Origin: Candidatus Woesearchaeota archaeon
GTDB taxonomy: Archaea > Nanobdellota > Nanobdellia > Woesearchaeales > J110
Length of the DNA stretch: 48,431 bases
NCBI GenBank assembly: GCA_003694805.1
Contig: RFJU01000038.1
Coordinates: 1 to 48,431, forward strand
Direction: 5' to 3'
Below the pieces are notes generated by a model. It searched no databases and was not told the origin of the DNA. It was given only the letters and a program-made list of their open reading frames with translations. Shown one piece after another: positions 9,389-20,000 of the stretch. The translations under genes and the position numbers were made by a program. Positions within the stretch are counted from its first letter, which is position 1, and each line of letters begins with the position of its first letter.

Positions 9389-9402
9389 TATTTAAACTTT
9401 TC
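9389..9402 (-). promoter_or_regulatory. Internal BRE-TATA promoter for the mini-protein/pilin genes
   Basis: Minus strand GAAAAG-TTTAAATA about 24 nt upstream of ATG 9365. Confidence 0.6.
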
Positions 9403-9684
9403 TATTGACCATTATAAAGTCACAACGTCACAAAGGTTGCACAACAACACCCACGCCAAGAACCCGGCAGGCGCGGACGAACAACGGCGAGCAAAGCTTT
9501 GAAAAGAACAGAAAGGAAAACAAAGCACACCTCATCGAACAAACAGTTCACCTAGTCAACGACCAAGTCAACGAGGGCATCAACGACTCGCAAGAGCAAA
9601 CCGAAGGAACAAAAGTCATAAAAAAAATCCCTTACAAAGGAACAAAATAAGCGTGCAGGCCTCTTCAGGGCTCTCCGATCCCGG

Positions 9685-11037
9685 CTACTTCTTTCTTCGG
9701 ATGGAGAAGAAGAGCACAATATTCATCACGATAAGCACAGCAACCAGCAAGACCAACACGTTGTACGACGATCCCCCCTTCTCTTCCACGCCAACCACGC
9801 GGCCGGAAACGCCACCTCCCTTCACCACCGCCTCATCAAGGGAGAGAACGGTCTCAAACAGCCTGCTTGAAGAAGCGCCATCATAGAGCAAATCCAGATT
9901 CACATCGTACTCGCCCGGCACGAGGCCCTGCGTATCCCAATACGCCGTGACAACTTCTTCCTTGTGCGGCCGAACCCTGGTCGGGACCGTGCTAAACGTG
10001 CTCAACTCAGAACCCGAATCATCAATGACGTTCACCTCCCCCTCCACGTTCTCAATCGGCTCGTTCCAATCACTCTCCACCGTAAAGTCAAGCTTCGCAA
10101 TCTCCCCAAGACGAAAGGAACGAATATCCAAACCTTTAATCCTGATGAACTTCCTCCCAATCGTGAACGCCTCGCCAAGCTTCTCCACCTCATCACTGTA
10201 CTCCAAAAACACCTCAGCGTAGTACGCTCCTGGGTTGTGCTTCCCCTCCCACGAAGCAACAACTTTTCCTTCCTCCTTCGCGTCAAGCGAAATCATATTC
10301 GAACGCAACTCCACAATCTCCTCATTGTTCGCTCCAAGAATGCGAACGCGAGCGTACGCGTCTTCAATCCGTTCCGTCCCAAAATTAAACACGGAAATCG
10401 TGAACACAACAGGACTGTCCACCCCTCCCTCAGACACGTGCAGCTTTGCCTTCGCATACGTTCCCGGGTACGGAACGTTCACAATAATTTGGCTTGCAAC
10501 ACCGGCCGTCGCCGTCACTTGCGACGTCTCCGTCCTCGTGTTGAACAACAACCCCTGATCCTGCGTCAAAACAAAAACACCCTCTTCGTCAAAGTAATCC
10601 TCCGGGACGTGAAGCAACACCACCTTTCCAACGTGTTGCCCTGGCGAAGGCGCCTCATCAGGCAAACGGACCTTGACGGTGAACGTCTTCTCCCCCTCGT
10701 CCTGAGAGAGCGCAATGAGCGGCTTCTCAATGCGGATGCTGTCTTTGAGCTCTCCTTCTGCAAATATGATAGCATGAAAGTCCACTTTATCGTTGTTAAT
10801 GACGCGGTACGTCAGCTCCTTCTCAAGACCGGGAGCGAAGTCAATACGCGTCCTCGCCGGCGCGATCCCAAGCGCTAACGCGTCCTCAGCCACGGCGCAG
10901 AAGAGCAGCGCTGATAGCAAGACAAGAAGTGCGAACGCCCCCAGCCGACGATCCAGCCGACGAGCTACCAACACCGAGCGCGCCCCCGCGCGCCTTACAC
11001 GTTCCTTCCTTGTTCTTTCACCAATCATTGCCTTCAC
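9685..11037 (-). CDS. Secreted, C-terminally anchored three-Ig-fold protein (DUF916/DUF3324-like); paralog of 7159-8454
   Basis: GTGA overlap with the adhesin stop; signal peptide ending ALA-LGIAP; PSPGQHVGKV, VFNFG, PGAYYAEVFLEY, VESDW, YWDTQGLVPGEY; C-terminal TM followed by RRKK. Confidence 0.8.
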   Translation of the reverse strand: MKAMIGERTRKERVRRAGARSVLVARRLDRRLGAFALLVLLSALLFCAVAEDALALGIAPARTRIDFAPGLEKELTYRVINNDKVDFHAIIFAEGELKDSIRIEKPLIALSQDEGEKTFTVKVRLPDEAPSPGQHVGKVVLLHVPEDYFDEEGVFVLTQDQGLLFNTRTETSQVTATAGVASQIIVNVPYPGTYAKAKLHVSEGGVDSPVVFTISVFNFGTERIEDAYARVRILGANNEEIVELRSNMISLDAKEEGKVVASWEGKHNPGAYYAEVFLEYSDEVEKLGEAFTIGRKFIRIKGLDIRSFRLGEIAKLDFTVESDWNEPIENVEGEVNVIDDSGSELSTFSTVPTRVRPHKEEVVTAYWDTQGLVPGEYDVNLDLLYDGASSSRLFETVLSLDEAVVKGGGVSGRVVGVEEKGGSSYNVLVLLVAVLIVMNIVLFFSIRRKK

Positions 11038-14000
11038 GACACCGGATACTCCGCAATGATAAACAACTGGCTTTGCTTTGCCCCGCCCGGTTCGTTGAGC
11101 GGCACTTCCACTCTGAACTCAACCTCGCCCTCATCACCTGCATCAACATACGAGAGGTTCTTGAGCACGAGCACACTCTCATTAGACACGTTCGTCCATG
11201 ACGTCGCCGACGACCCCCACACAAAGCTCCCCGCCTCGGACGAGTTCCCCGCGGCGAACTGGAAATAACTCGTATTCAGCCCAACAGCATCCCACAAGCC
11301 ATCAGAGGCGCGGAGAGAAACATCTGCCACGACGTTCCCGTCATTCCTCACGCCAAAGGGCAAAGGATTGTCATCGGTCGTGTCGTTGCTCTCCAGCACG
11401 TTCATCGAACCAAAGTTCGTCTCTGCATTCGTCAAGGTAATAATAACAGAGGACTGAATAGTGAAGTTAAAGATGGACGCCCACGCACTGCACCCTTCAT
11501 CGTCACACGCCTGCACCGTCCAATTATACACTCTATCCACGCACAACTCTTCAGTCGTGTAGTTCGACTCGGAAAGGTTCGAGTACTGGTAGCTCGGGCA
11601 GACTGACTGGTTAATACTCAAGTTATACGAGAGCGTGTCCCCGTCGGCGTCGCTCGACGTCCAATTCAGATTCACGTTGCGCTCAAAAATGGACGTGTTG
11701 CCATTGGAGGGATACAGGAGTGTCGGAACATCAGGAAGAGTGTTTTGGATCGTGACGTTGTTGCTCTTTTTCTCCAAAGAGTAGAGTTCCCCATCATACC
11801 CTGTGACGTTGCACCACCACACCTCTCCTTTTGTCGTGTTCCCCGCCCCGAGAGTGAACACGTTCTCCTCGCCGCTCGTTGCTGAAACGCTTCCTGAAAC
11901 GTTTGCGACACCATCCTTATACCACGTATAATTAATCCACAACCCTGATCCAAGACCATCGTCTGTCACGTTGACGGTGCAGTTCAAGTCGTCTGTCGTG
12001 TAGGGAGCGAGCGGCGTGACGTTCACGTACACCACCTGCGGCGCCTGGTTCGTGAGGGATCCGTTACAAAAATACGTACATAAAAACGCAGGGGATGAAT
12101 TATCGCACCAATCACCGCTCCACGTATTCGAGTCGCCGTCGAACACGTCGTAGGCACCTCCGGACCCGCAAAACACGTTGGACGCCATTGACGATCCTGA
12201 ATCGGCCGATGTGGCAAAGCGAATAGCTGAGGTGAGCGAGGAGGAAACGTTGTTGTTCTCAATAGTGTGCCCGGTCGACGTCCCGCTCACGTTAATGCCT
12301 ACGTCGAAGTCGAGGATTGTGCAGTTTTTGATAGTGTACCCATCTGCTTCGGAAAGGTTGAACGCTACACTCCCTGCCGAGTCGTTTCCTTGCACAACAC
12401 CGCCCCCGCAGTCAATGTATGTTTGCTCGTTCTGATCACCCGAGTCAAAACCCACAACGGAGCCGTTTACGAAAATGGAAATGTTGACGAATCGGTTTTG
12501 CGTGTTGATCGTTCCCTCTTCAATATCAACACCGGAGCTTCCCGACCCCGCAATAGTAACTTTGGTGAAGTTGTTTGAGGAGGTCCCGTCCTGCAGCAAC
12601 ACCCCGCTCGTCGAAAACGTCTGGCCGAATTGCTCGATAGATACGTTCACAAAGCGAGACTCCTTCACGAGGGATAGGTCAAGCCCTGCTCTATTGACGT
12701 TTTGAATGGACACATTCTCAACAAGAACACCGGTCAACGAACTTGAAAACCCTGTCACTATAACTCCTTCATCCCAACCGCGTATGATGCAATTCGAAAC
12801 CGTCGTTTTCGAAGCTCGATAGATTGAAACACCATCGCCAAAGGCAGACGCACCCGTCAAAGTTCTTCCTCCACAATCGAAGCGGTTGTTGCTCCCGCCA
12901 TCAAGTTCTACCCCTGAAGAGGTAGTAAGCCCGACAGAGACGGACGTGTTGACGAACTGATTGTTCGACGATGGGTTGCCTGAGGTGCCGACCTTTATTC
13001 CTTTTGCATCGACTGTTACGTTCACTTCGGAGAAGTTGTTGTTTGATGAAAGAGAAACAATCTCGAGTGCATACTCACTGCTAGAGCCCACGATGTCAAG
13101 ATTGCTGACCGTGTTTTGCCCCGACGAGGAAAAACTAACACCTTTTGCAAGAGAAGCTCCAGTCATGTTCACGTCGATCAAGGAGTAGGTGTTTTTGTTC
13201 GATGATGCGCTTTGCAGCGCGACTGACGCGTGCGAAGTCAGCGTCAGGTTCTGAAAGGTGCTGTTCTCCGAAGACGTCACGAACACCCCAGTGCTAAAGT
13301 TCGATACAACGCAATTTTTCACCGACACGTTGTCATACCCGTTCGTCGTCACGCCATACCCGACATCCTCCCCTATGATAGCGTAGCCGGCACAGTCCAG
13401 CACGATGTTGTCCGCGCCAAACGTGATGCATGTGTTATTAAATGTGAAGTTTCTCGTCATCGTCACATCAGACGTGATTGTGTCACAGCCCTGCTCGATT
13501 GTTCTCGAGGTTGAATTCACGGCGCTCCCAACATCCGTCTGGTCCCTGGGCGTGACTTGACAGAGCCAGGACTCGCCCAATGCCGTGTTCGTGTATGACA
13601 AGGTCACCGACTCCTCCGTCCCGTTCGTCACCTGCACTTCCGAACTTGAGAAGTACGCACCGTCACGAAACCACGACACGTTGGCCAACACAACGTCGTT
13701 AGGATCAGCGTCTTCAATGATGAACGAACAGTTCAAATCCTCATGCGTCATTGGCGAGGCAGGCAGAAGGGTCACGCTCGTCACGTTGGGCACGTTGTTC
13801 GCCACGGGGGTTCCGTCGCACAAGTAAGAACACCACGCCCACCCCGCGCGCGAGTCGCAGGAGTTGTTCGTCCACGTGTTCGAGTCCGCGTCGTACGCGT
13901 CGTACGCCCCTCCTGAACCGCAGAAATAATTGTTCGAGAAGGTTGACGACGTCACAGAGCTCACACTCACATTCACGCCTTCCTGAACCGACGATGATAC

Positions 14001-17000
14001 GTTATTCTCCTCGACAACACTCCCTGAACTCGTCCCCTCAAAGAACACGCCTTTTCCGAAGTCCTTCACCGTGCAGTTGCGCAGCGTCACGTCGTCGGCC
14101 GAGGAAACGCGCACGCCAAACGAGGAGGCGTCATCGTTGCCTGAAAGAACGCCCCCGCCGCAATCAATCTTGTTCGTGTCCGATGTTTCATCGCTCACAT
14201 ACACCGCAGCATACGCGCCCGTCAAGGAAATGGAAAAGTCTGTTACGTTGTTGCTTGAGGAACTCGCGAAAAAGACTCCGTTCCCGCTGAGGCTGGAGAG
14301 CGCAAAGGACGAGATTGCTGACGACGTGACGCTCGATAAGTAATACCCGTTCGCGCTCGAGCTGACATTCACGTTTGTAAACGTGTTGCCTGAAGAACTC
14401 GCCGCGTACACGCCCCGTGAGAAGTCAGTGATGGAGCAGTTCCCCACGGTTGTGCCGTCAGCGCTGGAGAGGTACACGCCGTACGTCCCGCCCGTGTCGC
14501 TTCCGTCGATAGTGCCTCCTTGGCAGTTGAAAACATTATTGTCGTGCAACTCTCCGTCCACGTACACGCCGTGGTGGCTCGCCCCCGACACGCTCACGGA
14601 CAACCCTGTGACTTTGTTGCTCGTACTCGCCGAAGCGCCGGAAACGTAAACGCCGGCATCCGTCACGGATCCTCCCTGGACCGTCAAGGAGGAAAGGTTG
14701 TTTGACGAAGCGCCTTCGAGCCACACGCCGTAGAGGTCCGCATCGTTCACCGACACGTCACTGATGACTGACTGCGAAGAACCACTCAAGTAAACACCAA
14801 CGTCGGACGCATTCACTGTCAAGGAAGACACTTGCGTCCCAGACCCCGCACCTGCGTAGACGCCATAGGTGAAGTTCACCACGGTGCAGTTCACAATACT
14901 CGTGGATGACGCATCGTTGAGGTAAAACCCGCCGATCGCGTTGGCAGAGCTCGGCGTTGAAACAACACCCCCCTGACAGTCAATAACGTTCGTAGCACTT
15001 CCCTGTGCGTCATTGAAAAACACACCATAATACGCAGCCGGATTGGCCAAAGCCCACGAAATGTTTACTCCCTCAAACCTGTTTGACACTCCCCCGCCCG
15101 ACCCGAAACGAATCCCGTACTCCGTGTCAGCATCCCCCTGAACGACGATCTGAGAAAAATTGTTTGCTGAAGCGCCGTCTCGGAAGAGGATGCTGGCCTT
15201 CGAAGAATTTATCACGGTAATGGTCGTGAACACGTTGCTCTTCGCACCGCCGAGAACATCAACGCCTCTCGTGTTCGAAACGACAGTGACGTTCTCCACC
15301 ACGCTCTGGTTCGTCCCGTCAAGCCACACTCCGCTCGTGAAATCAGAAATCACACAATGAGCAACGGAGATGTTCACCTTTCCCGACGCGTTAACCCCCC
15401 TCGTGAGGGGAGAATCGTCACTGTCAATAGTATGCCCTGCGCAATCCAACGCTATGCTGTCCGCGCCAAACGTGATGCACGAAGCTCCCGGACTGCTCAA
15501 GTCTGTTGAAAGCATTGAGTCGTTATAAATCGTTCCGCACCCCGAAATGTTCTGCCAGATGTGAGATGCGCTGGAGTTGAGAGATGATCCGGTGGCGTAC
15601 CCGTCGCTCGGCGTCACTTGGCAGAGCCAATCCTCTCCTGCACCCGTGTTCGCTGCCGGGAGTGCGACGTCTTTTCTCGTATTGTTTAAGACAGCATACA
15701 CCCCGCTCGAAAAGAGCGTTCCGTCCTTGAACCAAGACACGTTCGCCGAGAGGGAGTCGCCCGTGTTCGGATCGGTCACGATGAACGAACAGTTCAAATC
15801 CTGCGTATGATACGCCTTGGCAGGAAGAAGCGAAACCGACGCAACCGTCGGTGCCGTGTCGGTAACCGTGACCGTGTTCGACTGGTTCTCTGACGAATAA
15901 TTCGTGCCGTCAAACCCTGTGACGTTACAGTACCATTGCTCCCCGTACGTCGTGTTCCCCGCCCCCAAGATGAGCGAGTACGCCGTCCCGTTCGTCACGC
16001 TAACCTGGCCTGAACTATACAGGGCGCCGTCACGCACCCAGGTGTAATTCGCCCAGAGGCCGCCGCCGCCACCGTCATCAACAATAGTGAACGTGCAGTT
16101 CAAGTCCGACGCGTTCTCAGGCACGGCCGGTGTCAAAGCCAAACTCTCCACCGAAGGCGGCTGGTTCGTACCGACAAACAACGAACCCTGCTCGCTCACC
16201 ACGCCATACCCTCCTTTTCGGCACGTGATGTTATACGTTACTACGCCGCTTGACGAGAACGAGAAGTTACGCTCCCACTGCTGCGCCGACGCGTTCCACG
16301 TCAAGTTCACACTCGTACCGTTCGAAAAGTCCACCCTGCAAAAGTCCACCACGCCGAACACGCCCGCTTCTGACACGCCCGTCCCGGAAGAAACAGCCAA
16401 GAACTCTGCAACGCCGTCGCCGTCCCAGTCTTCAACGTCAAGCGAACGCTTCGCATCCAACGTGTTCACGTCGCTCGCGAGCGGGTAGGAAAACGACGCA
16501 TTCATCACAAACGACCCATCATCAATAAGCCACGCCGTATTATCCCCTCCCGCCGCGAGAACCTCATCCACGCTGTCCAAGTCAACATCAAACACCTCCA
16601 CGGACGCGACGTAGCCGCTTCCGCTCTTGCTCAACGACCACAACACATCCCCCGACTCATCCACCGCGACGAGCTTGCTCGTCCCGTTCTGGGCGAACAC
16701 GTCATCAACATAGCCGTCACCATCAAAGTCGCCGGCGCCCATCTCCCACCCCACACCGACCGACACGTTCCACAGGCTCACGCCATCCTTATCAAAAGCA
16801 CGCAAAAGCCCCGCGGTGACGTCGTGCGCGACGATATCGCTCCTCCTCCCGTCGTTGTCAATATCCACAATAGCAACTGCGCGGAACTCATTGGACACGT
16901 TCCAGAGTACATCGCCCGACGCGTTCATGACAAGCAAGTAATTAGCAGTCGCTGATACGAGCTCGTCGCCGGGCCATTGGTCAGAGATGTCCCACGCTTT

Positions 17001-20000
17001 GACCTCGTTGGGCGTTCCCAGCGACGCGGAAACGTCAAACATTTTCGTCCATGACGAGCCGTTCGTCGTTGCCGCACCTGCACGCCCCGTTGATCGAAGG
17101 GACGCGTAGTCATCACGGTACGTCCCGCCGTCAAGGTCCGCTAAGACTGCCGACAAAATGCCGCGGAACGAGAGCAGCTCAACCTGCGAGCCCGAGCCGT
17201 TCACGACCTTGAACTGATCAACCACTGTTGTGTACGCAAAATCATCCACGCCGTCCCGATCAAAATCGCCACGCTCAAGACCGCCAATATAATTTGAAGC
17301 ATTCCACCGGTTGCTTCCTGACGCGTTATACGCTATCAGATTCCGAACGCCCGATGTCAAGTCGCCAATGACAAAGCCGTCCCGCGTCTTCGTGTGCGAC
17401 GAGCTCCAAAAGAGCGCGTCGTGCGCTTCGTGCGTAAAGTTTTGAAAAAACAGCTTCCTCCCGAGTGTCTCATTGTTCTGTCCGAGGAAGTCCGCCGCGA
17501 AGAGCACTGACTCGTTCACGTCAGCACTCGACGGCGTCTTGTCAACAATGGAAGCAGTCAGGGAGGATATCGTCACCGCGGAACTGTTCTGCGAAACATT
17601 CACAAACCCATTATCAGCAGTCACTTCACACTTCCACGACTCACCCGGCGCCGTCCATCGCCGGTCAATGCCAAGCCTGCTGGTAGCGAGCGTTCCCTGC
17701 ACAGAAGCATTCATCAGCCACGATTCGCGAGAACGCGAGAAGATCGTCCAATTCGCAGCGCTTCTATCCCGCCACCAACGCACCAGAACAGTGATGTTCG
17801 CGCCGTCTGACTGGGACACGTTGAACTCGCAAGAGAGAGAATCATTCGCGTACGGCGACGCTGGCGTGATGTTCACGCTGTCAAACACGGGCTGCGGGCC
17901 GCTGTGCACGGTCACGCTCCTTTGCTCTGTTTCATTCGTGTTCCCGCTCGCGTCGATCGCGTACGCCTTGAACGTATACGTCCCATTCACGAGGCCGGTA
18001 AAGTTATGCCTGTACGGGTAGGCACTCGCGTTCCACGACGCGTTGATTTCTTCAGGAGCGAGCACGCGATTATAGAGCTGCACCTCATCAAGAGACCCGT
18101 TGAGGCCCTTGCTCGTATCAGAACGGTACGCGCCAAGCACCAAGGGCTCCGTGTCCGCCGCGACGGACCAGTCAATCCCGATCTGCTCGGAGCCGAGGAA
18201 GACGCCGTTCTTGTAAAACTGCACTTCAGAACTATTGAACACAATACCCATGAAGACAGGCTGGCCTGCTGAGAAGAACCCTGCCTGCCCTGAGGAAACC
18301 CACTCCGCCGAGGCGTTGCTGAACGAAACATCCAAGTCCCCGTTCGTGCGGGCAATAACGTACCAGCCGCCTGTTCCGTTCTGGCCGTTGCTCACTACGA
18401 CATCATCGGTCGCCGTCGGGTTCCACTCAACCCACGCGAGAAGCGAGCCCTCCTCCCCGACGCGGTACTGCGAAGCGTTTGAACAATCAAGCCGCGCCGA
18501 GCCGTCAAACACCCGCTTGCCACCCCGCTGGCCCATAGGCGACCACGACGACCCATAATCAGTGCATGCTTGCTCATAGGAAGACTCCTCCGTCACATCC
18601 GCGCCGCTCGTGAACTGCATCCACAACGCTAAGGTGCTGTTCCAATCAACCAAGACCGAATGGTCGCTTGCGTCGCTGGAGGAAACATTGACATAAACCG
18701 CCGTGCTCGCCTGCGTCCCCCCCGTAGGCGTGGGCGACACGAAGGAAATGGAAGGCGCGACCGTTTCTGCAACAATAACTGTCGTGCTCGACTGATTCTC
18801 AGAGGAGTACTCAGTTCCATCATACCCTGTGACGTTGCACCACCACTGCTCCCCTATTGACGTATTCCCCGCCCCGAGGATGACTGACGAAGCCGTCCCG
18901 TTCGTCACACTGACCTGGCCGGACACGTTCTTCACACCATCAACGAACCACGTATAATTAGCGAAAAGCGTATCCCCCACGTCTTCATCCGTAATGACAA
19001 AGGTGCAGTTGAGGTCCTGCGACGCATTCGCAATGGCAGGGGACAGACTCAGAGAAGCAACCACCGGTGCGTTGTTGTTGCGCACCCCCGCGCACGTCCA
19101 ATAACAAATCGAACCAGGGCTCCCCGCGTCGCAGGAGTTGTTCGTCCACGTGTTCGAGTCCGCATCGTACGCGTCGTACGCCCCAGACGAGTTGCAAAAG
19201 AAGTTGTTCTCAAGCACGCCGCCAGAGCTCCCGATGTCGGCAATGTTCATGCCGTACCCCGTGCTTGACGAAACATTATTCCCCCGAATACTCGCTCCCG
19301 TCGCGCTCGTGGAGAGGTAGATGCCATCGGCGAAATCCGTGATGGTGCAGTTCCCAATAGTGATGCCGTCAGCACTACTAACGCGCACGCCGTTCGATCC
19401 CGACGAGTCGTCGCCGTCAATGAAGCCGCCCGCGCAGTCAAAATAGTTGTTATCGCTCGCGTCATTATTGACCAGGATGCCGTAATGGTTCGCCCCGTTT
19501 ATGGTAATGTTGAAGTTCACGAAGGAATTGTTCGCGTTCCCGCCCGTCTGAAGACGAATGCCAACATCTCCCACGGCCCCGCCGTCAATCCTGACATTGG
19601 TAAAGTTGTTTCGGTTCGATCCGGTCGTGAAGCTCACCAGCTCAATACCGTACAACGCGTTGCGGTCTGCCGTGATATCGTCAAAGACGCTGTCCGTCAC
19701 TTTACGAACATACAACCCGTCTTGGCTGTTGTCGCTCGCGACGATGCCGGACAGGTTCAACCCGTTCGCGTTGTAGAGGTAGAACCCGTGGTTCGTGTTT
19801 CCCGACGCGTTGATTGACTGCATAGCAATATTGTTTTCGCTGTCGACATAGATGCCGTGCGTGTTACTCGTGGCGGTGAGGTTAACGAGAAGCGAGTCCT
19901 GAGACGGCACAACCCCCCGCTCAAAGTCCTTGACGATGCAGTTCTGCACCGTGCTCACCCCGCCGAACGCTACGTAAAACCCTCTCGTCCCGGCAGTGTC

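Noticed and set aside
9405..9650. 81-aa plus-strand ORF between locus genes
   Set aside because: TTG start, low-complexity A/C-rich spacer, antisense to the operon and abutting the pilin promoter.
13854..19184. Diversity-generating retroelement TR/VR pair suggested by near-identical repeats in the adhesin
   Set aside because: Both copies are in-frame coding parts of one gene with a single synonymous mismatch, and no reverse transcriptase is in the window.
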